Shown: one piece after another, positions 16,522-26,175 of the stretch | Position numbering within the stretch: position 1 is the stretch's first letter | Layout: each line of letters opens with the position of its first letter | Assembly (NCBI GenBank): GCA_040006335.1 | Contig: JBDTXE010000001.1 | Span: 1-45,960 of the forward strand | From: Verrucomicrobiota bacterium | Lineage (GTDB): Bacteria; Verrucomicrobiota; Verrucomicrobiia; Chthoniobacterales; UBA10450 | Length of the DNA stretch: 45,960 nucleotides | Direction of reading: 5' to 3' | The notes under the pieces: generated by a model | Database searches by the model: none | What the model was told of the DNA's origin: nothing | Seen by the model: only the letters and a program-made list of their open reading frames with translations | Program-made: the position numbers and the translations under genes

Positions 16522-18480
16522 CTAAGGCGAGGGCGTTGCTGTAGGAGTGGGTGAAGGCGTCGGCCGCAGAGGCGCGCCACCAGCGCGGGGATTGACCTTC
16601 GCACCGCGTTTCAGCGGTGGTGCACTGCCATCGGGCGACGGGCTGGGAGCCACGGCGGGAGCACCTATCGACGGGGTTGGTTGAGGAACGCGCTGGTCAC
16701 CGCGGTTGGGCACACCGCCTTTACGGACAGCGGCAGGATTATTGCCCGGAGGAACCGGCCTTGGGTTGGAGAAAGGCTGTAAATGGGCGGCCGGAGGCGT
16801 GGTGGCTGCTGGTCGCGAGCTACCGGGAGCGGAAGGCGCCGGAGAAGGCGCGCCTTGCAGATTCCGCGCGCGAGCACGTTCCATTTCCTGGCGCCGCCTT
16901 TGCTCGTCGGCCGAACGCAGCTTTTGGTCCGTCCCTTTCGCCGCTTGGCGTTCCGCATGCCGACGTTCTTGCTCGCTCATAAAAGGGGTCGCTGAAATGG
17001 CCGGCACCGGTGGCGTGGTGGATGCGACCGTCGCCGCGGGCGTTGTCGTCGGAGCAACCGAGGGGCGCGGGCGGACCGGAGTCGTCGACGGCCGCGGCGG
17101 TGGAGGAGTGCTCGCGCGAGCGGGCGGGAGCGGGGTGCTGGGCGCAATCCGCGGCGTGGATACCGGGGAAGGGGTGGCATAGGTTGCAGGCCCGATCGGC
17201 AAGCTGGTCAAAGGTCTTGCAGTAATGGCTGCTGCCGGCGGAACGGTCGCCGCAGGTGCCGGGGTGCTGCCGGACCAAACCGGCGTCGCCGGCTTCACGG
17301 CAGAAGATGCCGCAGGCGTCGCCGACGCACTACTTTTCAGGTCTTCGCGCTGAAATTTTTTCGCAGGAGCATTTGGCGGCGGGGTGGATTCAGCTTTGAT
17401 TTTTGCCCGTGCCTTGTCGGCGGCCTGACGATCGGTGACCGCATTCCAGCCGCGATCCGCCGCAGCCGCGCCGACATTCTGCTTGACCGCACGCGGACGA
17501 TCCTGGCTGCGCATGTTGATGACTGGCGCCGGAAAGGCCACGACGTCGCCACGGACGATCGCACGCGGATTCGCCCCAAGCCCGGCTTCCCGCTCAAGAC
17601 GAAGGCGCGGAATGGGCTGAGCTGTTTGTGTGGTGATTTCCTCGTAGCTCGGACCGCGGTTCACGATGACCGTGTTGTTGTAACTAATGTTCGTCACGTT
17701 AGTCGTCTGACTAACGATGGTGATGTTTTGCTGGGAAGGAACAATCGCACGTTCGATCCGCGTTTCCCCGAGCTGGCGAGTAGGGACGAAGACATATTGG
17801 TCTGGTCCGACGTCGTAATAACTGTCCGACCAATTCTGAATACCGGTTGTTCGTTCAAAGCGAGCCTCGGGAGGAAGCGGAGCCCAGCCGACAAACTCGC
17901 TCCCCTTTCGCCAGGAAACCCAGGCCGGAGCCCATTCCTCGCCCGGCACCCACACCCAGCCGACGTTGTGCAAACGCGTCCAACGTCCATAGTGATACGT
18001 CGCCCACCCAAACGGCTCCTCCGAGATCCACGTCCAGCCGGCGTCCGTGTAAGCCCACTTACCGTTCGTATAGGGGCGCCACTGCGCGCCCGTCGCTTCA
18101 CGGGGATGATAGACATAACCGTAATCGCTCGTCTCCACCCAGTCGCCGTAGGGCTCGAGTTTTTCATAGAACATGTTGTAGGATTTGCGCGGCTCCGCCT
18201 CGCGTCGACCGGAGGCGATCACCGGTTCAGCGCGTTCTTCCGGGACAGCGGTCGCCGCCGGCGTAGCCGGAAATGTCTCGGGCGTGCGCAAAGTTTGTTC
18301 GCGGGTAGCTACGTCCGCCTCCCGCTGCGAGAGCTGTTCCGCCTGTTCCTGCTGATGCTCCTTCGCGAGCCGGTCCTGGACCTGGCGCTCGACCTCGGCC
18401 TGGCGCTCCTGGTCGGTTTGTTGCTTTTGGCAGCTGAACAAGGCGGCGCCAGTCAAAACTATCAGGAACAATTTCTTCAT
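16522..18480 (-). CDS. Lipoprotein with a Trp-rich DUF6600-like repeat domain and a long Pro-rich C-terminal tail
   Basis: The lipobox is MKKLFLIVLTGAALFSC. A coiled Q/E-rich segment follows. The W-rich block is YGDWVETSDYGYVYHP...WRPYTNGKWAYTDAGWTWISEEPFGWATYHYGRWTRLHNVGWVWVPGEEWAPAWVSW. About 290 aa of P/A/T/S-rich sequence then follow. I prefer the ATG at 18480 to 18507. Confidence 0.7.
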   Translation of the reverse strand: MKKLFLIVLTGAALFSCQKQQTDQERQAEVERQVQDRLAKEHQQEQAEQLSQREADVATREQTLRTPETFPATPAATAVPEERAEPVIASGRREAEPRKSYNMFYEKLEPYGDWVETSDYGYVYHPREATGAQWRPYTNGKWAYTDAGWTWISEEPFGWATYHYGRWTRLHNVGWVWVPGEEWAPAWVSWRKGSEFVGWAPLPPEARFERTTGIQNWSDSYYDVGPDQYVFVPTRQLGETRIERAIVPSQQNITIVSQTTNVTNISYNNTVIVNRGPSYEEITTQTAQPIPRLRLEREAGLGANPRAIVRGDVVAFPAPVINMRSQDRPRAVKQNVGAAAADRGWNAVTDRQAADKARAKIKAESTPPPNAPAKKFQREDLKSSASATPAASSAVKPATPVWSGSTPAPAATVPPAAAITARPLTSLPIGPATYATPSPVSTPRIAPSTPLPPARASTPPPPRPSTTPVRPRPSVAPTTTPAATVASTTPPVPAISATPFMSEQERRHAERQAAKGTDQKLRSADEQRRRQEMERARARNLQGAPSPAPSAPGSSRPAATTPPAAHLQPFSNPRPVPPGNNPAAVRKGGVPNRGDQRVPQPTPSIGAPAVAPSPSPDGSAPPLKRGAKVNPRAGGAPLRPTPSPTPTATPSP

Positions 18481-18573
18481 CTTCACGTTTGATATGACCG
18501 CGCTCATGCTCGCTTATTCGAAATACCGGAGCCGAGCGAGTGCAGTTATTACAAGGAAAGGTCGCTCCCAGCC

Positions 18574-18771
18574 TTATTTCGAATGTGACGAAGTTGTCGA
18601 AACGGCGGGCGTCGGCGTGGACCGGATGATGGTGACCGATTCGACCCGATCCCGATGGGCGCGCTGAAAGTTTGCGTAAATGGCGACAAGCAAGAGCGCA
18701 GCAAAGATCACTCCCATCGCCAACCAGGCGGCGAGGGAGACGCGTTCAGCTGGAGGCGGATTCTGATCCAT
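18574..18771 (-). CDS. Small single-pass membrane protein, hypothetical
   Basis: The sequence is MDQNPPPAERVSLAAWLAMGVIFAALLLVAIYANFQ..., with one clear TM. It lies on the same strand directly after plsC and overlaps plsC's 3' end. There is no homology evidence. Confidence 0.35.
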   Translation of the reverse strand: MDQNPPPAERVSLAAWLAMGVIFAALLLVAIYANFQRAHRDRVESVTIIRSTPTPAVSTTSSHSK

Positions 18772-19381
18772 CTTTTTGTAACTTCGCGATTTCATCCATT
18801 ACTCGCTGGCTGAGCTGGCGATACAATTCCTTTCCTTTCCCGGCGACGTCGCCCGCGCTGAAACGCATCGGGTGTCCGACTACTACCGTTATCGGATGAA
18901 GGCGAAGGCGACTGCTGCCGCGCGGCCATGCTTCGAAAGAGCCGAAAATACGCATCGGCACCACGGGCGCGAGCGTCTTCGCAATAACGAATCCTAGCCC
19001 CGGCTGCGCCGGCTGAAGGTTACCGTCGAGCGTGCGCGCGCCCTCGGGAAAAACGAGTGTGCCCTCCCCCGCCTTTAGAATACGCAAGATTGCTTTCAAC
19101 GCACTGCGATCACTGCCTTCCTGATCGACGGGAATGACGTTCAGCTTGGGCAGAATTGGCCCCAGGACTGGTAGTTCGAGGAGCGTCTTGCGCGCGAGAT
19201 AGAAAATCGGTCGCCTGGACGCAATCCCCGCCAACGGCGGATCAAGATAACTTTGGTGGTTCATGGCCAAAATCACTGGCCCAGTTTGAATCATGCGCTC
19301 CGGATGGATAACGCGATAGTGGAAGAGCGCCTGGCCGATCAGCTTCGACAGGTTGTAGCCGGTCCAATACCAGGCATTCAT
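18746..19381 (-). CDS. plsC: 1-acyl-sn-glycerol-3-phosphate acyltransferase
   Basis: The HX4D motif is present in ILAMNHQSYLDPPL, with a second block LVFPEGARTLDG. The start overlaps the cmk stop by 4 nt. Confidence 0.85.
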   Translation of the reverse strand: MNAWYWTGYNLSKLIGQALFHYRVIHPERMIQTGPVILAMNHQSYLDPPLAGIASRRPIFYLARKTLLELPVLGPILPKLNVIPVDQEGSDRSALKAILRILKAGEGTLVFPEGARTLDGNLQPAQPGLGFVIAKTLAPVVPMRIFGSFEAWPRGSSRLRLHPITVVVGHPMRFSAGDVAGKGKELYRQLSQRVMDEIAKLQKDGSESASS

Positions 19382-20085
19382 AAAGCATCGCTGCCGGAAG
19401 GCAGATCCGACGCGGGATCGCCACCAGACCGAGTGATTCCAGGCGGGACACCGGCGAGAGCGAGTTGCTGGAGTATTTCCCTGACGACCTGTGGAATGGT
19501 CAGGCGGGAACTATCGATGACAAAGGCATCGGGCGCGATTTGCAGGGGTGCGGTCCCGCGGGTGGAATCCGCGCGATCGCGCGCGATGATCTCGTCACAT
19601 TCACCCTGCGCATTCCGACGAAGCGTTCTCACTTCCGGCGAGGCGTCGAGGTAGAATTTGAAGCGCGTCTCGCGAAAGACGACCGAGCCGATATCGCGTC
19701 CTTCTACGACGACATCTCGCTCCGCGGCAAAAGCCCGCATCCTGGCATCGATCAACTCGCGCACGCGCGGAACGCTGCTCACGCGCGAGACGGATTGATT
19801 GACCGCCGGCGAGCGGAGATGGGGCGAGGGATCGACTTCATCGAGCAAGATTTGGAATTCGCCCTGGGCTGAAGCGCATGAAAGAGGGACGCCGACCGCG
19901 GCGCGGGCAATTTCCTCGGCCCGCTTCAAATCGATCTCATTCCGCAGAAGGTGCCAGGTCAGTGCACGGTAGAGCGCACCGGAATTGATGTAGGCAAATC
20001 CGAGTTCCCGCGCCACGGTTCTGGCGACGGTGCTCTTGCCGGAGGCCGCCGGTCCATCGATGGCGATCACGCGGAAAGGGGCCAT
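19378..20085 (-). CDS. cmk: Cytidylate kinase
   Basis: IAIDGPAASGKSTVARTVARELGFAYINSGALYRALT contains the P-loop and CMP-binding block. A later block is VVEGRDIGSVVF. Confidence 0.9.
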   Translation of the reverse strand: MAPFRVIAIDGPAASGKSTVARTVARELGFAYINSGALYRALTWHLLRNEIDLKRAEEIARAAVGVPLSCASAQGEFQILLDEVDPSPHLRSPAVNQSVSRVSSVPRVRELIDARMRAFAAERDVVVEGRDIGSVVFRETRFKFYLDASPEVRTLRRNAQGECDEIIARDRADSTRGTAPLQIAPDAFVIDSSRLTIPQVVREILQQLALAGVPPGITRSGGDPASDLPSGSDAL

Positions 20086-20122
20086 GGAATCTTGTGTCGC
20101 TTTAGATTGAAAACGATCCTGC

Positions 20123-21472
20123 TCAGGAATCGGCTGGCGGCCGGGAGAGTGGACTAATGACGGGGGTGCTGCCGGACCCGCGCTTTGGATTGATCATTTC
20201 ATCGATCGCCTCCCCAAATCCAGGATAGGAGGTCTGGATGCATTCGGCATTCTGCACAATGGTCTCGCCATCGGCGAAAAGTCCGGCAATGGCGAAGGCC
20301 ATGGCGATGCGATGATCGCCGAAACTGGAAACGCGCGCACCGCGCAAGGGCGCCGGTCCGTGGATTTCCATCCCGTCGTTCAACTCGATCACCTGCGCGC
20401 CCATCGCGCGCAGATTGTGTGCGATGGCGGCAATACGATCCGTCTCTTTCACCCGCAATTCCTGCGCGTGGCGGATTACGGTCGTGCCTTGCGCGATCGC
20501 TCCGGCTACCGCCAGGACCGGCAGTTCGTCGATCAACTGGGCGACTTCCTTTCCTTGAATGACGGTTCCCTTTAAGGGTGCGCCATTTATTTCCACGATC
20601 CCGCGCGGCTCATTCTGGTCCACATCCTCGATCGCTTCGCGGACCTGCGCGCCCATGCGGATGAGCACTCCGAGCATGGGCGTGCGGGTGGGATTCAATC
20701 CGAGATTCCGCACGAGGAGATGCCCGCCGGGCTGCGCCGCCGCGGCCACCAGCCAGAATGCAGCCGAGGAAAGATCGCCCGGAATGGTGAAGTCGCGTGA
20801 TTCCGGCACCTGGTCGCCGAAGATCCCGATTACGCCCTGGGGGGATTTTGTCGTGCGCACCATGAAATAGCGCAACATCAGCTCGGTGTGATTGCGCGTC
20901 GGCGTGAGTTCCGTCACCGTCGTTTTTCCTCTGGCAAACAAGCCGGCAAGCAAAATCGCGCCTTTCACTTGGGCGCTCGCGAGAGGAAGACGGTAATCAA
21001 GCGCATGCAAAGTTCGCCCTTGGATGCGGAGCGGAGCAGTTTGATCGGGACCCTCTGCGACGATGTCAGCGCCCATTTGTCGCAGCGGTTCCAGCACCCG
21101 ATCCATCGGCCTTCGGGAGAGAGACTCGTCGCCCACCAGGCGGCTATCGAAATTCTGGCCCGCGAGCAGACCGGCCAAAAGACGCATCGTCGTGCCCGAA
21201 TTTCCGCAATCAATTTCGCGCGTCGGCGCAGTCAGCTGCCGCTTTTTCCCATGAACGATGACGGAGTTCGCCTCCACTTCGTCCACCCGAACGCCGAGCG
21301 CGCGCATGGCATCGAGTGTGCGCAGGCAATCGGCGGCCGGAAGAAAACCATCCAGGCGGCAGGGACCATTAGAGAGAGCGCCAATGATCGCGGCACGATG
21401 CGATATGCTTTTATCGCCCGGAACGCTGATCTCGGTGTCGATGCGCGGCGCGCGTCTTACGCGAAGATCCAT
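20123..21472 (-). CDS. aroA: 3-phosphoshikimate 1-carboxyvinyltransferase (EPSP synthase)
   Basis: PGDKSISHRAAIIGAL, NSGTTMRLLAGLLA, LRVKETDRIAA and DHRIAMAFAIAGL are present. Length is 449 aa. Confidence 0.95.
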   Translation of the reverse strand: MDLRVRRAPRIDTEISVPGDKSISHRAAIIGALSNGPCRLDGFLPAADCLRTLDAMRALGVRVDEVEANSVIVHGKKRQLTAPTREIDCGNSGTTMRLLAGLLAGQNFDSRLVGDESLSRRPMDRVLEPLRQMGADIVAEGPDQTAPLRIQGRTLHALDYRLPLASAQVKGAILLAGLFARGKTTVTELTPTRNHTELMLRYFMVRTTKSPQGVIGIFGDQVPESRDFTIPGDLSSAAFWLVAAAAQPGGHLLVRNLGLNPTRTPMLGVLIRMGAQVREAIEDVDQNEPRGIVEINGAPLKGTVIQGKEVAQLIDELPVLAVAGAIAQGTTVIRHAQELRVKETDRIAAIAHNLRAMGAQVIELNDGMEIHGPAPLRGARVSSFGDHRIAMAFAIAGLFADGETIVQNAECIQTSYPGFGEAIDEMINPKRGSGSTPVISPLSRPPADS

Positions 21473-21591
21473 GACTCAGCCTGAGCGCGAATAATTACGC
21501 ACCGTGCACGTGCGAAGATCGACCCGCGCCAAGAGCACGGGAAAAATCAATTTGGCCAAGCCTCTCCCGGCAAAAAGGGGCAACGCGAAAA

Positions 21592-21981
21592 TCAGGGGAC
21601 CAGAAATACCTTGTTGGTGTACGGGTCTTTCACTTCCATTCCTGGAGGCAGACCACGCACATCGACATACCCGGCGTTGGGAGCAAAAGGGCTGGTAACG
21701 AAGCCTGGCTTGCTTTGCACCGGAATACCGTAAGGCACATCGCCCTTCGCCACTTTGCCGGCGGGCGCGGCCGGCTCCTGCGGCACGGATTCGGTCGTCT
21801 GCACTGGCTCCGGGGGCGCCGGAGGGACATCGGGATTGAAGGGTTGAGGCTGCCCATTTGCGTACGGATCTGGCTGAACCTGCCTGGTTACCACCCGCCT
21901 CTGCACCGGCGGTTCTTCCACCGTGTTGCAGGAAGTGAGAGCGAAACACCCGGCCAGGGCAAGAAATGGTAAAGATTTCAT
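21592..21981 (-). CDS. Small lipoprotein, hypothetical
   Basis: The signal/lipobox is [19 protein letters not shown] Pro-rich linker and a conserved-looking C-terminus ([37 protein letters not shown]) follow. Confidence 0.6.
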   Translation of the reverse strand: MKSLPFLALAGCFALTSCNTVEEPPVQRRVVTRQVQPDPYANGQPQPFNPDVPPAPPEPVQTTESVPQEPAAPAGKVAKGDVPYGIPVQSKPGFVTSPFAPNAGYVDVRGLPPGMEVKDPYTNKVFLVP

Positions 21982-22137
21982 AGAAGTCGATTCGACGAAC
22001 CGCCCTTTTCTAATTCAAGGCCCGCCCACTGACAATTGATAAATGGAACGAGCTTGCACCTTCTGCGAATGGCCCGAGTTTCGCTCCTCGTCATACATTC
22101 CTTTCGCGGTCGCCTGCGATTCACCCTCAAAAACCAA

Positions 22138-23310
22138 ATGCCAAACGCGAACGACGAAATCCTGATCGTGGACGACGACAACCTGAGTCGGCGTCTGCTG
22201 GTGCGGAATCTTGTGGCCGCTGGCTACGTCTGCACTGAAGCGGACGGCGGAGCTGCGGCGGTGGCGCGCATCCGGGAGCGGCCACCCCGTCTTCTCCTGC
22301 TCGACTACGATATGCCGGAAGTCGACGGCGCCGAAGTGCTCCAGAAAATTCGAAGCGATCCCTCGGCCGCGGTGGCCCAGCTGCCCACGATCATGCTGAC
22401 GGGTCACGGCGGGGAAGAAAGCGAAGTGCTTTGTCTCGCCGCCGGCGCGGACGACTTCGTGACCAAGCCTATTTTACCCGCCGTCCTGCGCGCACGCATC
22501 GAGACTCAACTGCGCTTAAGAATGATGCGGGAGCAGCTCATGCAGCAGAACGAGGAGCTCGAGGCTTGGCGCCAGAGATTGGAGCAGGACCTGGCTGCGG
22601 CGCGCCTCACTCAGCAATCACTCATCCCGCAGCATCCGCCCGCGCTCCCCGGCTGGGAGGTCGCTTCCTATTACCGGCCGGTGATTCAAGTCGGAGGAGA
22701 TATTTACGGTTGGTTGCGTATGACGGATGGACGCTTCCTCTTTTGGATCGCGGACGCCACCGGCCACGGCGCGGCTGCGGCCCTTTTGACGACGGTGGCG
22801 AAATTACTTTTCCATCATGCCGCGGTGGAGCATAGCGCTCCCGCTGAGATCATGGGACTGGTCGATCGCGATTTTCGCAGCATTCTGGGCGCTCGCTCTT
22901 TCATGACAGCGATGTGCGTCGCGCTCGATCCCGAGACAGGAGATGCCAGCGTGGTCGGGGCGGGCCATCCTCCGCTCTTGGTCGCAAGGGGAAACCGCGC
23001 CACTGAAGTGATCGGGTCGGAATCGCCGCCTTTGGGTTTGGCCGGAAGTACGAGTTTTCGGGAGACTGCGGTCCAGCTCGGGAAGGGCGACCTTTTCCTG
23101 CTTTATACGGACGGACTCTACGGCTCGTTCAACGGCAAGCACCGCCGAACCACGCCGGATGATCTGGCACATCGTATGCAAATGAACACGACCAGCGCGG
23201 TGAACCTGCTCAATCGCGTGGTGCATGAGTCGGGCGAAAACAACGGCAATCAGGTCGCAGCCGACGACATTGCGGCCCTGGCGGTTCGACGACAAGCCAA
23301 CGGAAAATAG
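22138..23310 (+). CDS. Response-regulator receiver domain fused to a SpoIIE/PP2C phosphatase
   Basis: The REC domain is ILIVDDDNLSRRLL...LLLLDYDMPEVDGAEVL...TIMLTGHG...GADDFVTKP, followed by a coiled linker. PP2C blocks are ARLTQQSLIP, VGGDIYGW, FWIADATGHGAAAALL, LLYTDGLY and DDIAALAVRR. I prefer the ATG at 22138 to 22036. Confidence 0.85.
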   Translation: MPNANDEILIVDDDNLSRRLLVRNLVAAGYVCTEADGGAAAVARIRERPPRLLLLDYDMPEVDGAEVLQKIRSDPSAAVAQLPTIMLTGHGGEESEVLCLAAGADDFVTKPILPAVLRARIETQLRLRMMREQLMQQNEELEAWRQRLEQDLAAARLTQQSLIPQHPPALPGWEVASYYRPVIQVGGDIYGWLRMTDGRFLFWIADATGHGAAAALLTTVAKLLFHHAAVEHSAPAEIMGLVDRDFRSILGARSFMTAMCVALDPETGDASVVGAGHPPLLVARGNRATEVIGSESPPLGLAGSTSFRETAVQLGKGDLFLLYTDGLYGSFNGKHRRTTPDDLAHRMQMNTTSAVNLLNRVVHESGENNGNQVAADDIAALAVRRQANGK

Positions 23311-23369
23311 TTCCGCTCCCTCGAATTTAGTATTGCCCTCGTGCGCCCTTCGGTTTTAATCACCTTCTT

Positions 23370-23657
23370 ATGCCGAAAACCACAGCCAAAAAATCCCCCG
23401 CCAAACGGAAGCCCAACGCGGCTTTCATGCGCCCGATGCAGCCCGACGATAAACTCGCCGCCATTGTTGGGTCCAAACCAATCCCTCGTTCCGAGATCAC
23501 GAAAAAGGTCTGGGACTATATCAAAAAGCACGGTCTGCAGGACAAAAAGAAACGGACTCAGATCAACGGGGATGACAACATGCGTGCTGTTTTCGGTGGC
23601 AAAACCAGCGTCACCATGTTTGAGATGACCAAGCTGGTGAACCAGCACATGAAGTAG
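23370..23657 (+). CDS. SWIB/MDM2-domain protein with a Lys-rich N-terminal tail
   Basis: LAAIVGSKPIPRSEITKKVWDYIKKHGLQDKKKRTQINGDDNMRAVFGGKTSVTMFEMTKLVNQHM is a full SWIB domain. The N-terminus is MPKTTAKKSPAKRKPN. Confidence 0.85.
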   Translation: MPKTTAKKSPAKRKPNAAFMRPMQPDDKLAAIVGSKPIPRSEITKKVWDYIKKHGLQDKKKRTQINGDDNMRAVFGGKTSVTMFEMTKLVNQHMK

Positions 23658-23680
23658 TCGTTTTCCAAAAATCTTTGTGA

Positions 23681-23715
23681 GAGCCCGGCGTTCCCGCGTC
23701 CGGGCTCTTTTATTT
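23681..23715 (+). terminator. Rho-independent terminator after the SWIB gene
   Basis: GAGCCCGG (23681-23688), an 11-nt loop, CCGGGCTC (23700-23707), then TTTTATTT. It is the only clean stem plus T-tract terminator I found in the window. Confidence 0.7.
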
Positions 23716-23787
23716 CCGGCCTCGTTTTCGAGATTCTGGCAGTTCACTTCCCCTTGCGTCCCGAGGTTATTCGGCAGACGTTTCCGG

Positions 23788-24228
23788 GTGAAAAAGCTCT
23801 TATTGCTCAGCGCCGCGGTCTTCTTTAGTGGCGCGTTGGCTGCCTCCGCGGAGTTGAATTGGCTGACTGATTTCGCGGCAGCGAAATCCAAAGCAAAGTC
23901 CGACCACAAACTGGTGCTCCTCGATTTCACCGGCTCGGACTGGTGCGGATGGTGCAAACTTTTGAAGGCAGAGGTCTTTTCACAACCGCAGTTTCAGGAG
24001 TATGCAGCAAAGAATCTTGTCCTGGTGGAGCTGGACTTTCCACGTTCCAAGCCGCAGACAGATGCGGTGAAAAAGCAAAACAGCGAACTCGCCGACCAAT
24101 ACCAGATCGAGGGATTCCCGACCTTGGTGGTATTGGACGCCGAAGGCAAAAGTGTCGGCAAGCTGGGCTACATGGAAGGTGGCCCGAAAGCTTTTATCGC
24201 CGCGCTGGAAAAGTTGCGCAACGGCTAA
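23788..24228 (+). CDS. Secreted thioredoxin-fold protein (CGWC active site, SoxW/DsbD-gamma-like)
   Basis: GTG start gives the signal peptide VKKLLLLSAAVFFSGALAASA. VLLDFTGSDWCGWCKLLKAEVF and IEGFPTLVVLD follow. Confidence 0.75.
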   Translation: MKKLLLLSAAVFFSGALAASAELNWLTDFAAAKSKAKSDHKLVLLDFTGSDWCGWCKLLKAEVFSQPQFQEYAAKNLVLVELDFPRSKPQTDAVKKQNSELADQYQIEGFPTLVVLDAEGKSVGKLGYMEGGPKAFIAALEKLRNG

Positions 24229-24249
24229 CACGCGCAACGCTCCCCGGTT

Positions 24250-26175
24250 TTAGCCCAGCGCTGGTTGCATGCGTCCCATGAGGAAGGCGCGCTGCAGCAC
24301 GTCTGTCAGTTCCCGGCGGGTAAAGGGTTTGGGCAGAGCCGCCCGAAAACCGTACTCAAGAAATTCCGCGAGGGCCGCTTCATCGGAGTAGCCGCTGCAA
24401 ATGATGGCGATGACCTGCGGATCGAGATTGCGCAACCGTTCGATCGTGGCAAGGCCACCCATCCCTCCGCGAATCGTGGCGTCGAGGATGACGGCGTCGA
24501 AGTTTTCGCCGCGACGCATCGCTCGCTCGTAATTCTTCACTGCTTCCACCCCATCCGGAACAGCCGTCACATCATAGCCGAGAGTGCCCAGCAATTGCGA
24601 AGTGAGATCACGAATGCCTTCCTCATCGTCCATCACCAAAATCCGTTGGTAGTTGGTGGTGCGCCCCGGCATCAGCACCGGCTTGCGCACGGGCGCACTC
24701 TGGACTTTCGCGGCCGGCAGATAAAACGCGAAGGCGGCCCCATGTGACGTCGATTCTTCGAGGTGCAGCAGCCCGCCATGCTTTTTCACGATGGAATAGC
24801 TGATGGAAAGGCCAAGACCGCTGCTGGCGGCTTTGGTCGTAAAGTAGGGATCGAAAATCTTGGACGTGAGATGATCGGGAACGCCTTTGCCCTGATCGGC
24901 AATGATCACTTTGACGTAATTGCCGGCCGGCAGGAGCGAGCCGGCTTTTTGCTCCAATTGCACGTTGCGACCAGAAACCTCCACCGTCCCACCGTGCGGC
25001 GTCGCTTCCCGCGCGTTGATCATCAGCGCATTGATGACCTGCTCAATCTGGGTGGAATCGACTTCTGCGCGCCACAAATCGGACGGAATATCGATATCCG
25101 CGCGGAGGTTGGAGCCGTGGAGAGAAAAGTTCGCAGCCTTCCTCAACAGTTCCGACATCGGCACTGCTTTCTTTACCGGGGCTCCGCCTTTTGAGAACGT
25201 GAGCAGCTGACTCGACAGATGCGCCGCCTGTTGCGCGGCCTGGGCCGCCTTCGTCAGCGAAGTGAGCAGCGCGTTGTTTTCGGTCGAAGTCTCCAGTTGT
25301 GCGAGGCCGATGTTACCGGAAATGACCGTCAGAATATTATTGAGATCGTGCGCGATACCGCCCGCCAGCGTTCCAAGCGACTCAAGCTTGCCGGTGGTCA
25401 AACGATCGTGTTCAGCGCGTTTGCGCTCTGTGATATCGCGGAAAAACGCGGAGACCCCGCCACCGCTCGGGTAGGCGTGGACTTCAAACCAGCTTTTGCC
25501 GGTCGGATCAGCGGCTTCGAACTCGATCGGCTGATGACGAGCCAGGACGCGGCGAAAATTCTTCTCAAAGATCGACCCGCAAAACTCTGGAAATTTCTCC
25601 CATAGCTCGCCCCCCATGACCTCCGAACGAGCCCGGCCCAACAGCGTTTCGGCCTCCGGATTCAAGTAGGTCACATGCCAGGTGGCATTGAGGGCGAGAA
25701 AGCCGTCCGTCGTGTTCTCGAGGATATTCGCCATCGTGCTGGCGGACTCCTGCAATTCCAGCCTCGCCTGATTACGTTCCGCCAGATTGTGAATATGTCG
25801 TTCCGCCACGGAGAGGCGCACATTCAGGCGCGAAAGATCGATCGGCTTGGTCAGGTAGTCGTTTGCACCCGCCTCGAGCGCCTGCTCCAAATCTTCGCGA
25901 TCTGCTTTCGCAGTCACGAGCAGGATGAAAAGTGCGTCGCCGTTCGCGCGCGCCCGAAGTTCACGGCACAAGTCGAGCCCGCTTTTCCCGGGCAGCATCC
26001 AATCCAGGATGAGGAACGGATAGGAGTCGCTCTCTAGCGCATGCTGAGCTTCCTCGGCGGTCGCTACGGCATGCACCTCGTGCCCGCGCATCTCGATCAG
26101 CCGCTTCAGCGTCTGGCGGCTATCATCCTGATCTTCAACAAGCAGAATCTTCATTCGGGACAGGGATTGCGTCAC
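24250..26175 (-). CDS. Hybrid sensor histidine kinase (REC-PAS-HisKA-HATPase-REC)
   Basis: The N-terminal REC is KILLVEDQDDSRQTL...LILDWMLPGKSG. The PAS region is TDGFLALNATWHVTYLNPEAETLLG. The H-box is LAGGIAHDLNNILTVISGN and the ATPase blocks are DQGKGVP and GLGLSISYSIVKKHGG. The C-terminal REC is RILVMDDEEGIRDL...VILDATIRGGMGG. Confidence 0.9.
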   Translation of the reverse strand: MTQSLSRMKILLVEDQDDSRQTLKRLIEMRGHEVHAVATAEEAQHALESDSYPFLILDWMLPGKSGLDLCRELRARANGDALFILLVTAKADREDLEQALEAGANDYLTKPIDLSRLNVRLSVAERHIHNLAERNQARLELQESASTMANILENTTDGFLALNATWHVTYLNPEAETLLGRARSEVMGGELWEKFPEFCGSIFEKNFRRVLARHQPIEFEAADPTGKSWFEVHAYPSGGGVSAFFRDITERKRAEHDRLTTGKLESLGTLAGGIAHDLNNILTVISGNIGLAQLETSTENNALLTSLTKAAQAAQQAAHLSSQLLTFSKGGAPVKKAVPMSELLRKAANFSLHGSNLRADIDIPSDLWRAEVDSTQIEQVINALMINAREATPHGGTVEVSGRNVQLEQKAGSLLPAGNYVKVIIADQGKGVPDHLTSKIFDPYFTTKAASSGLGLSISYSIVKKHGGLLHLEESTSHGAAFAFYLPAAKVQSAPVRKPVLMPGRTTNYQRILVMDDEEGIRDLTSQLLGTLGYDVTAVPDGVEAVKNYERAMRRGENFDAVILDATIRGGMGGLATIERLRNLDPQVIAIICSGYSDEAALAEFLEYGFRAALPKPFTRRELTDVLQRAFLMGRMQPALG

